Positions 45,082 through 55,531 of a DNA stretch of 64,000 nt are shown here, one piece after another. The notes beneath the pieces were generated by a model, which was given only the letters and a program-made list of their open reading frames with translations, was not told the DNA's origin and did no database searches. Location of the stretch: positions 2,594-66,593 of the forward strand of contig JAFRLS010000036.1 of NCBI GenBank assembly GCA_017431105.1, read 5' to 3'. The stretch comes from Candidatus Saccharimonadota bacterium (GTDB lineage Bacteria; Patescibacteriota; Saccharimonadia; Saccharimonadales; Saccharimonadaceae). Numbering within the stretch: the first letter of the stretch is position 1; each line of letters begins with the position of its first letter. Both the position numbers and the translations under genes were made by a program.

Positions 45082-47619
45082 ATGAAAATAAACAAAAACA
45101 AAACAGTTTTAATGCTGTTGCTTATCGCTATGCTATTGGCACCAGCCGTGGTATTCGCTGTAAACAAAATAACAAATATTAATGATACTTTTGCATTGAC
45201 GTATAGCATTCCAGCTGGATACACTACGTTTACTGATGCGAATCTTTATGACTGTGTAGCAAGTAAATATAAATCTGACCACCCAGATACAAACATCTCG
45301 CAGGGCTTAACCGACGCACAATTACAACAAATGGAGTCTTTATCTTGTGAGTCAAGAGGTATAACCAATGCTAAGGGTATTGAAAAGATGGCTGCTTTGT
45401 CATCTCTGCACCTTCAAGACAATAGACTTACATCCATAAACCTCGCTAACAACACTGCTTTAGTTGACCTGTGGCTCTATGATAACCAGCTTACATCTAT
45501 AGACGTGTCTCATAATACGGTTTTGACGGGGCTTTATTTAAACAACAACAAGCTTACTTCTGTAGATATCTCAAATAATACTTTTTTGTATAATTTTTGG
45601 GCTCATGATAACCAGCTTACCTCTATAGATGTTTCCCATAATACGGTTTTGACGGGGCTTTATCTCAACAATAACAATCTTACTTCTATAAATCTTTCTA
45701 ATAACACCGCATTGGCGGATCTCAGGCTCTGGAATAACCAACTTACCTCTATAGATGTTTCTCATAATACAGCCTTAACGGATCTTTATCTTAACAAAAA
45801 CCAACTTACTTCTATAGATCTTTCCAATAATACAGCCTTAGTAACACTTGGGCTTTGGGATAATCAGCTTGCTTCTATAGACGTATCCCATAATACAACC
45901 CTGGAGAAACTTTATCTTAATAATAATCAGCTTACTTCCATAAGGCTCCCCAATAGTACTGCCTTGACGGATCTTAATCTTAGTAATAATCAGCTTACTT
46001 CTATAGATGTTTCCAACAATACCGCTTTAACAAAACTTGATATTGGGACTAATCAGCTTACCTCTATAAATATTTCTCGTAATACAGCCCTAACTAATGT
46101 CTCGCTTGCCTCCAATCAACTTACCTCTATAAATCTTTCTAATAACACCGCATTGGTGGATCTCAGGCTCTGGAATAACCAACTTACCTCTATAGATGTA
46201 TCTCATAATACGGCTTTGGAAACACTTCATCTTGAAAAAAACCAACTTACCTCTATAAATCTTTCTGATAACACTGCTCTGACCACTTTATGGCTTCATG
46301 ATAACCAACTTACCTCTATAGATGTTTCTCATAATACAGCCCTAATGGATCTTTATCTTCAAAATAATGAGCTTGCATCTGTCGAATTACCTAATAGTAC
46401 TTCTTTGACGGATCTAAAACTTTATAATAACCAACTTACCTCTATAGATGTTTCTCATAATACCGCTTTAACAACCCTTAATCTTTGCATAAACCAGCTT
46501 ACTTATATAGATGTTTCTCATAATACCGCTTTGACAAATCTCTATCTTTGTTCTAATCAACTTGCTTCCGTGGACGTTTCTCACAATATTGCTTTGGCAC
46601 TTCTTAGCCTTGGGGGCAATAATCTTACCTCTATAGATGTTTCTAAAAATACCAGGTTGGCAACTCTCTGGCTCTACAATAATGATCTAGCAGAAATAGA
46701 TTTATCCAATAATGTTGAATTAAAGAATTTATTGGCGGATGATATTTTGTTAAGAGTTGGCGTAGAGCCACAAAAAAACGGCAGTGATTATATTTATGAT
46801 TTTAGTGGAATAGATTTTATAAAAGATGGTGATCATCTGGATCGTAACGGCGAACAACTGGGTATGGTATTTTCCATTCAAGATACAAATTCTATGGCTT
46901 TTGATAAAGACGATATGATACTAACGGTGACTAACCCGATAGGAACTGACGGCTATGCGCAGGTAGTTGGCGAGCGTGCTAGTGATAACTCGCCTGTTAA
47001 TTACTCGTCGTATAAGATTAAATTATTTAATGTTCGTAAATTATTTTTCGAAGTAGGTGATGGAACGCCGATTGATACAATAGCTTGCTACACTGAACTT
47101 AATGATACTGAGCCATGCACGGTCAGCATACCGAGTACTGAGCCAGTTCTCAGTGGTTACACTTTCCTGGGTTGGGCAGATACAGCAAATGCCGCTACTG
47201 CTGACTATGTGTCTGGCGATAATATTTCCCTAAATACAGATAAGGCTATTTATGCGGTATGGGTAGAAGCTGATGCTGGTGGCAATAATAATACCGGAGA
47301 AGACAACAATAACAATAATAACAATAGTAATGGGGACAATAATAATACTGGGATAGATGATGACGGGGACAATAATTCTTCAGGCACCAATGATGCTGGA
47401 GAAAATACTGGTACTGAAGTCGATAATAATACAGAGGGGACTACTGATACAGAAGGGGATGAAAGAGTCCCAAACACCTCTGCCCCTTATACAGGTGCCA
47501 ATACCGACAATAATAGCTCCACTTCACTGGTTTTCTCTGTTACACCAGTAATAATTGTAGTATTTAGTGTTGCCGCATATTTTCTGTATAACAAGAGACA
47601 CCATGTGAATTTTAAATGA
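45082..47619 (+). CDS. Internalin-like LRR surface protein with InlB B-repeat and C-terminal anchor
   Basis: Signal peptide, 21 LRRs, PVLSGYTFLGW...YAVW, Asn/Asp-rich linker, PYTG, TM and basic tail. Confidence 0.88.
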   Translation: MKINKNKTVLMLLLIAMLLAPAVVFAVNKITNINDTFALTYSIPAGYTTFTDANLYDCVASKYKSDHPDTNISQGLTDAQLQQMESLSCESRGITNAKGIEKMAALSSLHLQDNRLTSINLANNTALVDLWLYDNQLTSIDVSHNTVLTGLYLNNNKLTSVDISNNTFLYNFWAHDNQLTSIDVSHNTVLTGLYLNNNNLTSINLSNNTALADLRLWNNQLTSIDVSHNTALTDLYLNKNQLTSIDLSNNTALVTLGLWDNQLASIDVSHNTTLEKLYLNNNQLTSIRLPNSTALTDLNLSNNQLTSIDVSNNTALTKLDIGTNQLTSINISRNTALTNVSLASNQLTSINLSNNTALVDLRLWNNQLTSIDVSHNTALETLHLEKNQLTSINLSDNTALTTLWLHDNQLTSIDVSHNTALMDLYLQNNELASVELPNSTSLTDLKLYNNQLTSIDVSHNTALTTLNLCINQLTYIDVSHNTALTNLYLCSNQLASVDVSHNIALALLSLGGNNLTSIDVSKNTRLATLWLYNNDLAEIDLSNNVELKNLLADDILLRVGVEPQKNGSDYIYDFSGIDFIKDGDHLDRNGEQLGMVFSIQDTNSMAFDKDDMILTVTNPIGTDGYAQVVGERASDNSPVNYSSYKIKLFNVRKLFFEVGDGTPIDTIACYTELNDTEPCTVSIPSTEPVLSGYTFLGWADTANAATADYVSGDNISLNTDKAIYAVWVEADAGGNNNTGEDNNNNNNNSNGDNNNTGIDDDGDNNSSGTNDAGENTGTEVDNNTEGTTDTEGDERVPNTSAPYTGANTDNNSSTSLVFSVTPVIIVVFSVAAYFLYNKRHHVNFK
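45397..46719 (+). repeat. 21 x 63-bp leucine-rich repeats
   Basis: Consensus LxxLxLxxNQLTSIDVSHNTA; a 441-bp (7-repeat) higher-order duplication is visible. Confidence 0.95.
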
Positions 47620-47675
47620 GTTAGGCTATTCTAGCGCTGGCCGATTCCATATTCTCGTGATATAATCGAATTAAT

Positions 47676-48920
47676 ATGTTAGATGTGAAATTTATCAGAG
47701 AAAATCTCGCTCTGGTTGAAAAGTCAACCAAAGAAAAAGGCTATAAAATCGATGTTCGCGATGCCTTAAAAATTGATGACGAACGTAAAGCTATACTGAC
47801 CGAAGTAGAGGCTTTGAGGCAGAAACGTAATGAGGTGGCTGCTAAAATGAAGGGCGGCAAGCCAGAACCGGCTTTGATCGAAGAAGGTAAAGCTATCAAA
47901 ATTGAGCTGGCGGAGACTGAGAAGAAATTGGATGAATTAGAGAAGAAGTTAAATTCAAAGATAAAAGCTATACCAAACATCATCTTTGACGATGTGCCGC
48001 TAGGTGGTGAAGAATGTAGTGTGGAGATTAAAAAATGGGGTAAAAATCACGAAGAGGGTGTAGATCATTTAGATTATGCCGTAAGTCGTGATTGGGTTGA
48101 TTTTGAACGAGGGGCGAAAGTTGCGGGGGCGAAATTCTACTACCTCAAAGGTGAGATGGCTTTACTTGAAAATGCGCTTTTGCAATATGGTTTGTCTAAA
48201 GTTTTAGAGCATGGTTTTACCTTTATGACGGTGCCAGATATGGTGTCTTCAAGGGTTTTGGAAGGATGTGGTTTTAATCCACGCACTTCTGATCAATCTG
48301 ATGAATATTATATTGAGGGTGAAGATTTAGCCATGATTGCTACGGCTGAAATGCCACTTACTGGTTATCACATGGATGAAATCATTGACGAAGACAAATT
48401 GCCGTTATTTTACGCTGGCTACTCTGCTTGCTTTAGGAAAGAGGCGGGAACTTATGGTAAATATACGAGGGGTTTATTTAGGGTGCATCAATTCAACAAG
48501 CTTGAAATGTATGCTTTCTGTTTGCCAGAACAAAGTAAAGAAATCCACGAGAAAATCTTAAAGATTGAAGAGGAAATTTGGCAGGGGCTCGGTATTCCTT
48601 ATCACGTTATCAATATTGCGGCGGGTGATTTGGGCGCACCAGCGGCAAAGAAATACGACATGGAATATTGGTCGCCAGTGAACCAAAAATACCAGGAAAT
48701 TACGAGTTGTAGTAACTGTACGGATTTCCAGGCACGCGCAGTGAACTGTCGCGTGAGACGCAAGGACGGTACGATTGAGTTTGTCCATACTTTGAATGGT
48801 ACAGCGATTCCTTTAGCGAGAGCCTTGGTAGTAATTCTTGAAAATTATGCGACGAAAGATGGCAAATTAAAAGTGCCAGAAGTTTTGCGACCATACTTAA
48901 ACAATAAGGAGGAAATTTAG
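47676..48920 (+). CDS. serS: Serine--tRNA ligase
   Basis: ATAEMP, FRKEAG, RVHQFNKLE, EITSCSNCTDFQ and HTLNGT motifs. Confidence 0.97.
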   Translation: MLDVKFIRENLALVEKSTKEKGYKIDVRDALKIDDERKAILTEVEALRQKRNEVAAKMKGGKPEPALIEEGKAIKIELAETEKKLDELEKKLNSKIKAIPNIIFDDVPLGGEECSVEIKKWGKNHEEGVDHLDYAVSRDWVDFERGAKVAGAKFYYLKGEMALLENALLQYGLSKVLEHGFTFMTVPDMVSSRVLEGCGFNPRTSDQSDEYYIEGEDLAMIATAEMPLTGYHMDEIIDEDKLPLFYAGYSACFRKEAGTYGKYTRGLFRVHQFNKLEMYAFCLPEQSKEIHEKILKIEEEIWQGLGIPYHVINIAAGDLGAPAAKKYDMEYWSPVNQKYQEITSCSNCTDFQARAVNCRVRRKDGTIEFVHTLNGTAIPLARALVVILENYATKDGKLKVPEVLRPYLNNKEEI

Positions 48921-49283
48921 ATGATTGAAAAGATTGAAGTGACCGGCCACGGTTATAAAGTTGAAGAGAGCTTGCGTAAGTATGCAGAAAAGCGAATTGG
49001 TAAGCTAGATCGCTATTTGCCTCGTGGTTCTAAGAAAGATGTGGTCGTGAAGGTGATTGTGGCTGAAATTGGCAAGAGCAAGGGTGAAAAATATGAGATT
49101 TCGGCAGCGATGGATATTCCTGGCGGCAAAGTAGTAGCAGCAAAAGATGAGTGTTCAAATATTTTTGCTGGCGTAGATTTAGTGGAAGCAAAACTTACTG
49201 GACAAATTCGACGCTATAAATTAGAAATGCAACCGCATCGACAGAAAAAAAGCTGGAAGAATCTCTTTATTAAGAGACACTAA
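48921..49283 (+). CDS. raiA: Ribosome hibernation factor (HPF/RaiA)
   Basis: IEVTG....ESLRKYAEKRIGKLDRY...FAGVDLVEAKL; upstream of secA. Confidence 0.85.
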   Translation: MIEKIEVTGHGYKVEESLRKYAEKRIGKLDRYLPRGSKKDVVVKVIVAEIGKSKGEKYEISAAMDIPGGKVVAAKDECSNIFAGVDLVEAKLTGQIRRYKLEMQPHRQKKSWKNLFIKRH

Positions 49284-49317
49284 TGTGATAGAATAGGGGG
49301 TAAGATTGGAGTTATTT

Positions 49318-52128
49318 ATGGTGAAGAAAAAAACCGGTAAGGTTAAAGATACCGCAAAGAAGCCTGGTAAAAAGCTTGCTAAAAAGCCCGTTAAAAAAGT
49401 TAAAGAAAAGAAACCGACCGACAAGTTGGCCGATAAGACAGCTTTAACTAAGTTTTTGCAGGGTATTTTTGGCGATGCGCAAAAAAAGATCCTAAAAAGA
49501 ATGTGGAAAAAAGCTCAAGAGATTGGCAAATTAGAGCCAAAATACGAGAAGATGAGCGACGAAGAATTGGCTGAGCAGACTGAAATTTTTAAGAAAAAAA
49601 TCAATAAAGCCCTGAAAGTGGCCAAAGCCGAGGAAGGCGTGGTTGACGAGAAGAAAAAGAAAAAAAGTAAGAAGAAAAAGCGTGCATTGGCTGATGATAC
49701 TAAGATTTTGAATGAGCTTTTGCCGGAGGCTTTCGCAGTTGTACGAGAGGCGTCGAAGCGTATTTTAGGGATGCGCCCTTATGATGTACAGCTGATTGGC
49801 GGTATTGCGCTTCACGAAGGTAATGTAGCCGAAATGAAAACTGGTGAGGGTAAAACTTTGGTTGCAATGCTTCCTGCTTATTTGAATGCTTTAACTGGTC
49901 GTGGCGTGCATGTAGTGACGGTGAACGATTATTTAGCACAACGTGATGCGGGCTGGAATGGTCCGGTCTATAATTTCCTAGGCGTCAGCGTAGGTGTAAT
50001 TATTAATGAGGCTTCATTTATTTATGATCCAGAATACGAGAATGACGAACATGATGACGAGAGATTTCGCCATTTGCGTCCAGCCACTCGTAAAGAAGCT
50101 TATAATGCTGATATTACTTATGGTACCAATAACGAGTTTGGTTTTGATTACTTGCGCGATAATATGACTTCGGAAGTACAATATTTAAGACAGCGTGAAC
50201 TTAATTTTGCGATTGTGGATGAGGTGGATTCGATTTTAATCGATGAAGCGAGGACGCCACTTATTATTTCGGCGCCAGCAGGTGATAACCCAGAATCTTA
50301 TTATCAGTTCGCGAAGGTGGCTGATCGTTTGACTCCGGAAGACTATATTTTAGACGAAAAGCGTCGTTCGGTGACTTTAACTGATGCTGGAATTGAGAAA
50401 GTTCAAGAAATTTTGGGCGTAGATAATTTATACTCAACCAAGAATACGCGCCTGGTTTATCATCTTGAACAGGCCTTGCGTGCGGAAGTGATTTTCAAAC
50501 GCGACAAAGATTATGTGGTGACGAATTCGGGCGAAGTAATTATTGTGGATGAACACACTGGTCGTTTGATGCAAGGTCGTCGTTATAATGAAGGCTTACA
50601 CCAGGCAATTGAAGCCAAAGAAGGCGTGGCCGTTAAACAGGAGTCAATGACTCTTGCGACGATTTCGTTCCAGAATTTCTTTAGGTTATACAAGAAATTA
50701 TCTGGCATGACCGGTACAGCATTTACGGAGGCAGAAGAATTCCAGCAGATTTACGCGCTTGATGTAATTCAAATTCCACCAAACAAGCCGATTATTCGTG
50801 TTGACAAAGACGATTTAATTTACAAGACGAAAGCCGGTAAGCTTCGTGCAATCGCAAGCGAGATTAAAAAATATCACAAAAAAGGCCAACCAGTGTTGGT
50901 GGGTTCAGGGTCGATTGCTAACAACGAGGAAATTGCACGTTATTTGGACGCGGAAGGTATTCCGTATGAGATTTTGAATGCTAAAAACAACGAGCGTGAG
51001 GCGGCAATTATTGCTAAAGCTGGTGAAAAAGGCGCAATTACGTTGGCTACAAATATGGCTGGTCGTGGTACAGATATTAAACTCGGTAAAGGCGTGAAAG
51101 AATTGGGTGGCTTAGTAGTGATTGGTTCTGAACGTCATGATTCAAGGCGAGTTGATAACCAGCTTCGTGGTCGTGGTGGTCGTCAGGGAGACCCGGGCAC
51201 AACTCAATTCTTCGTTTCTTGCGAAGACGATTTAATGCGTATTTTCCAGGGCGATAGAGTAAAGATGTTAATGACGCGCCTTGGTGTAGATGAAGATACG
51301 CCAATTCAAACTAAATCAATTTCGAAGACACTTGAAGCGGCTCAGAAGCGTATTGAAGGTTTTAACTTTGATTCACGTAAAAATGTAGTGCAATATGATA
51401 ACGTGATTAATCGTCATCGTAAAGTAGTTTATATGATGCGCCGTAAGATTTTGGAAGGTGAAGACATTTATAGTGAAATTCAGCGTTTAATGCGCGATGA
51501 GACTCAAATGCTGACAGAGTTTTCTTCTCGTGTGAATAAAAATTTTGATGCTGAGTTTAAGGCAGTATTTGATTTTGATGATGATTTAATCCATGAAATT
51601 GGTTTGAAACGCAAGGAGAAAGAGCGCGAAAAACTGGCGCTTGAAGCACTCGAAGAAGCTTACAAAGCTAAAGAAGAAGAATTTGGCGCTGAGACAATGC
51701 GTAAAATTGAGCGCGAAGTATATTTGAAAGTACTCGACACGCTTTGGATGCAGCATCTAGAAAATATGCAACATCTGCGTGAGGGTATTCATTGGCGTTC
51801 AGTTGGCCAACGTGATCCGTTGGTAGAATATCGTTCTGAATCGCAAAAACTCTTTGATGGTTTACAGAGAAACTTGCGCGAAGAAGTGTTGAAAATTTTG
51901 CTTACGATTACGCCGGCTGAAGCTAGGGCCGATAACGTAACGGATGGTGAAGAATATGAGTCCGAGCTTACTAAGATGGCAGAAGGCCAAACCGAAAGGG
52001 GTGTGAACGAGATTTCTAAGGGTGAAAAGAACTTAGATTCCGAATTCAAGAAAAAAGCGCCGAGAACTAGATCGGCGACTAAAAAGAAGAAATCGAAGCG
52101 TAAAAAATCAAAAGGCAAGCGGAAATAA
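49318..52128 (+). CDS. secA: Preprotein translocase SecA
   Basis: MKTGEGKT, VNDYLA, DEVDSILIDEART, ATNMAGRGTDI and QLRGRGGRQGD motifs. Confidence 0.97.
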   Translation: MVKKKTGKVKDTAKKPGKKLAKKPVKKVKEKKPTDKLADKTALTKFLQGIFGDAQKKILKRMWKKAQEIGKLEPKYEKMSDEELAEQTEIFKKKINKALKVAKAEEGVVDEKKKKKSKKKKRALADDTKILNELLPEAFAVVREASKRILGMRPYDVQLIGGIALHEGNVAEMKTGEGKTLVAMLPAYLNALTGRGVHVVTVNDYLAQRDAGWNGPVYNFLGVSVGVIINEASFIYDPEYENDEHDDERFRHLRPATRKEAYNADITYGTNNEFGFDYLRDNMTSEVQYLRQRELNFAIVDEVDSILIDEARTPLIISAPAGDNPESYYQFAKVADRLTPEDYILDEKRRSVTLTDAGIEKVQEILGVDNLYSTKNTRLVYHLEQALRAEVIFKRDKDYVVTNSGEVIIVDEHTGRLMQGRRYNEGLHQAIEAKEGVAVKQESMTLATISFQNFFRLYKKLSGMTGTAFTEAEEFQQIYALDVIQIPPNKPIIRVDKDDLIYKTKAGKLRAIASEIKKYHKKGQPVLVGSGSIANNEEIARYLDAEGIPYEILNAKNNEREAAIIAKAGEKGAITLATNMAGRGTDIKLGKGVKELGGLVVIGSERHDSRRVDNQLRGRGGRQGDPGTTQFFVSCEDDLMRIFQGDRVKMLMTRLGVDEDTPIQTKSISKTLEAAQKRIEGFNFDSRKNVVQYDNVINRHRKVVYMMRRKILEGEDIYSEIQRLMRDETQMLTEFSSRVNKNFDAEFKAVFDFDDDLIHEIGLKRKEKEREKLALEALEEAYKAKEEEFGAETMRKIEREVYLKVLDTLWMQHLENMQHLREGIHWRSVGQRDPLVEYRSESQKLFDGLQRNLREEVLKILLTITPAEARADNVTDGEEYESELTKMAEGQTERGVNEISKGEKNLDSEFKKKAPRTRSATKKKKSKRKKSKGKRK

Positions 52129-52170
52129 TCCTATAATACCATTATAGCATAAGTTGTTTATTTTGTCAAT

Positions 52171-53442
52171 ATGAAGCATTCAGTCGAAGAAATAAGTTTG
52201 AGAAATGGCGCAAAGGGACTTTTGATTGATATTCCTGGTGCAAGCGTGATGTCCACCAGGGTTCAATTTCGAGCAGGTATGCTTTACGCAAAGAATCATG
52301 ATGTATACGAAATTCCGCACGTGGTAGAACATCTAGCTTTTGGCGCGAATGCGAAATATAAAGATGAGCAAGCTTTTGAAGCGGAATTTACTAAAAATGG
52401 TGCCTATCACAACGCTTGGACTTCAGATGTTTCGGTATGTTATGAAACAGAATGCGCTGATTTTGAGTGGGATCGGATTATGGAACTCCAGCGAGTATCG
52501 ATTTGTGAGCCAAAGTTTAATGAAGAAGAGCTAAAATCTGAAAAAAGCAATGTGCGTTCGGAGCTCACTGGCTATATGAACGATTATTATCGCTTATTGT
52601 GGCCACGCGTACAACAGTCGGTGGGTGAAGATGTGTTGGATTTATCGGAAAGATTGAAGACTATTTCAAATATTGAACTTAAAGATATTCGTGAACATTA
52701 TCGACGTACTCATACGGCCAAAAATATGTTATTTATCATCGCTGGCAAGATTAAGGGTCGCAAACATAAAATTATTCGTGAGTTAGAGAATTGGGAGTTA
52801 AAGGAGGGTGAAAAATTCGAAATTCCACGAGCAGATTTGCATTCGTCAGAGGCTGTGTCAATTAGAAGAAAAGATGCATCAAATATTACCTTTGGGTTTT
52901 CTTTGATAACGCCGAGACATTTGGAACCGAACGAGGTTTTTGCGATGAGCTGCCTTAATCATATTCTTAATGGCACGACGAATTCAAAGATTTTTGGTGC
53001 TGCTAGAAAGCGTGGTTTAGTTTATGGAATGGGGAGTTCGATTGCTTCGAATGCGCATAATTCGTATTGGGATTTTGATGGTGAAGTAAATATTGAAAAT
53101 GCAGAGGAATTGTTTGCTTTGATTCAGGCTGAAATGACAAAAACTTTGAACGGCGAGATTTCGGAAGAGGATTTCGAAGCGGCAAGATCATATGCGCTCG
53201 GTAGGTTCCAGATGGGCGCGCAGACGGTAGGGCAAATTGCGGACTATTATGCGGAAAATTACTTTACGAATGAAACGATTGAACGATATGATGATATGCC
53301 GAATTTGATTCGTGGAATTGATCGCAATAGAATGATTGAACTTGCGCGAGAATTTGCAGGGTCTGGAATTAAGGCCTTTGCCACAGTATCATCAGTAGAA
53401 AAAGCCGTAATTTCTAGCTTAGAGACAAGATTAAATTTCTAA
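52171..53442 (+). CDS. M16 (insulinase-family) zinc peptidase
   Basis: Inverted zinc motif HVVEH, NAWT and RKRGLVY. Confidence 0.88.
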   Translation: MKHSVEEISLRNGAKGLLIDIPGASVMSTRVQFRAGMLYAKNHDVYEIPHVVEHLAFGANAKYKDEQAFEAEFTKNGAYHNAWTSDVSVCYETECADFEWDRIMELQRVSICEPKFNEEELKSEKSNVRSELTGYMNDYYRLLWPRVQQSVGEDVLDLSERLKTISNIELKDIREHYRRTHTAKNMLFIIAGKIKGRKHKIIRELENWELKEGEKFEIPRADLHSSEAVSIRRKDASNITFGFSLITPRHLEPNEVFAMSCLNHILNGTTNSKIFGAARKRGLVYGMGSSIASNAHNSYWDFDGEVNIENAEELFALIQAEMTKTLNGEISEEDFEAARSYALGRFQMGAQTVGQIADYYAENYFTNETIERYDDMPNLIRGIDRNRMIELAREFAGSGIKAFATVSSVEKAVISSLETRLNF

Positions 53443-54637
53443 ATTGATCGCCACGATCGTAAACATTTTCAAACATATCGAAGCTGGCAGCAGAAGGTGA
53501 CATGATGACGACGGCATTCTTTAGGTTTTCGGCAGATTTTTGGGCTTTGTTGATAGCTTCGGCTAGGGATTCGGTTAAGATAAAACGTTCGTCTTTGTAT
53601 AGTTTGGCCAGCTCGTGGCCAGACTCGCCCATTAAAATGATTTTCTTAACGTTGGGGGTAGAAATGGTTTCGTAAATTTCTGGTAAATCTTCGTCGTTGG
53701 TTTTATCGCGGCCACCAACAATAATCACTATGTCATTATCTGGGAAGGCATTGACAGCAACACGGGTAGAAGATGGGTTGGTGGAAAAATTATCGTCATA
53801 GTATCTGACATTATTTAGCTCACGGACAAATTCAAGCCGATGTGGTAAACCCTTGAAATTAGAAAGCCCAGCGATAATCTCGGTTTTGTATTGAGCTATA
53901 AATTCATCTGGTGAGATATTCTTGTAGCTAGCCACAGCAGCGATGGCAGCGATGGCGTTTTCTTCGTTGTGTTTGCCCGGGAGTTTAATGGCATTTCTGA
54001 TGTCGGTTGGGATATTAAATGGATAAGCAATTTTTTGGGCGCTTGAAGTATTGGCGATTTTGGTGGTTTCGGGGTTCTTAGAATAATAAACGAGGTAGTC
54101 GGAGCTAGATTGGTATTTTGTGATATTGGCTTTGGCGCCAAGATAGTCGGCATAATCTTTGTGGACATTGAGATGATCTGGCTCGAGTTGACCGATTACG
54201 GCGACAAAAGGAGATTTTTGAAGATCCCAGAGCTGAAAACTAGACATTTCGTAGACTACTACAGAATTCGGTTTGAGGTTATCAAGAACTTCGATAGCTG
54301 GGACGCCGATATTGCCGACGAGGTAAGCGTCTTCGCTGATGGAATCGAGAATGGATTTAATAAACGAACAAGTAGTACCTTTACCTTTGGTGGCGGTGAC
54401 GCCAATAATCGGGCATGGGCAGTGATCAAAGAAGTATTTAGTGACACTAGATTCTTTCTCGAGCCCTAGTGGTGGGACGGAAGGGGAACGAAAGATTATA
54501 TCATAGGATGAATAATCTTTTTGCTGAATTTCATCACGAGTGAAGTTCTCAAAAATATCAAAGGTAGCACCTTTTGCTTTGAAGTATTTTTCGGTGGCTT
54601 GGCCTTCTTTGCCGTAGCCGAGTAATGCGATTTTCAT
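53414..54637 (-). CDS. murD: UDP-N-acetylmuramoyl-L-alanine--D-glutamate ligase
   Basis: TKGKGTT, GNIG, EMSSFQL, DHLNVH, GLPHRLE and SPSAASFD motifs. Confidence 0.93.
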   Translation of the reverse strand: MKIALLGYGKEGQATEKYFKAKGATFDIFENFTRDEIQQKDYSSYDIIFRSPSVPPLGLEKESSVTKYFFDHCPCPIIGVTATKGKGTTCSFIKSILDSISEDAYLVGNIGVPAIEVLDNLKPNSVVVYEMSSFQLWDLQKSPFVAVIGQLEPDHLNVHKDYADYLGAKANITKYQSSSDYLVYYSKNPETTKIANTSSAQKIAYPFNIPTDIRNAIKLPGKHNEENAIAAIAAVASYKNISPDEFIAQYKTEIIAGLSNFKGLPHRLEFVRELNNVRYYDDNFSTNPSSTRVAVNAFPDNDIVIIVGGRDKTNDEDLPEIYETISTPNVKKIILMGESGHELAKLYKDERFILTESLAEAINKAQKSAENLKNAVVIMSPSAASFDMFENVYDRGDQFRNLILSLS

Positions 54638-54655
54638 AAGATAATTATAGCATAG

Positions 54656-54682
54656 AAAATCCCCCGGCCGTGTAGCCGGGGG
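54656..54682 (-). terminator. Putative terminator of the ORFan
   Basis: CCCCCGGC/GCCGGGGG stem followed by ATTTT on the minus strand. Confidence 0.65.
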
Positions 54683-54688
54683 TGGGGA

Positions 54689-55405
54689 TTATGAAAATAT
54701 TGATTCGATTAAGGATTTTAGCTGAGGTATAAAAGTGAATAGGTTGCGTATCGCTGCAGACAATAAGCTTTGCTCTTCGCTACTTAGATATACGCCCATA
54801 TCCATATCTCCAATACCGATTTGAGCGAATCCAGCTTTCAGCAGCAATTCTTTCAGAAGATTTGCTTGCCTAGACGTCATTACTTTATCCAGAAAAGCAA
54901 ATAAATCATCTTTGGCTTTAGTTGGGTTCTCGATCGTCTCATAGCTCTTACCGAAACTATGATTAAAATCCAAACAACTACGTATGAAATCAAGTTCTTC
55001 CCAGTTTATGCAGCGTAAACTACGATATTCTTCCTGCCCCAAGAAATTGTCAGCCATCAAGAAGACAATAGACAGATTATTCCATATACATAGGTCAAAA
55101 TCGTCTTCTCTGTAATACCCGAGTTTTTCTAGTTTGGAGTCGATTTCTGGAAGTATCCTGAAAAAGTCATTGCGTATTTCATCTGTGAATTCGCTACCAT
55201 AGGCGATAAGCGAAACCCCTTCAGATATAAGATCGCGTTCGCTAAAGAAGCCATATTTTCGATAAGTTCTACCTAGTCGCAGAGTTGCGATCATTTCTTC
55301 GGCGTCGTCATAAGGATCTTTTTTGAAATAATCGATAGCGATGCTGTCTTCTAGCCCAAGTTCCTCAATCTTGAAGTCTGCTGCTCTTCTGCAGTATGTT
55401 TCCAT
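54689..55405 (-). CDS. Hypothetical acidic protein (ORFan)
   Basis: 238-aa ORF with TTGACT-17-TATAAT promoter, SD GGGAGG and terminator; no recognisable motif. Confidence 0.7.
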   Translation of the reverse strand: METYCRRAADFKIEELGLEDSIAIDYFKKDPYDDAEEMIATLRLGRTYRKYGFFSERDLISEGVSLIAYGSEFTDEIRNDFFRILPEIDSKLEKLGYYREDDFDLCIWNNLSIVFLMADNFLGQEEYRSLRCINWEELDFIRSCLDFNHSFGKSYETIENPTKAKDDLFAFLDKVMTSRQANLLKELLLKAGFAQIGIGDMDMGVYLSSEEQSLLSAAIRNLFTFIPQLKSLIESIFS

Positions 55406-55531
55406 GTTCTTACCCCTCCCGTAAGCATATTTTCATAATTTTAATTTACTCGCCAGTGGCGCGTATCAAGGAACACTTGATATTCTAATTATAGAATAAG
55501 TTCTTTAAAAAGTCAATTTGTAAGATATAAA

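Noticed and set aside
45397-46719. Diversity-generating retroelement target
   Set aside because: No reverse transcriptase or template repeat in the window, and differences between repeats are not adenine-specific by inspection.
52131-52150. CTATAAT-ACC-ATTATAG palindrome as an antisense promoter to secA
   Set aside because: No ATG or clear -35 on the minus strand; it can be explained as the peptidase promoter or a weak hairpin.
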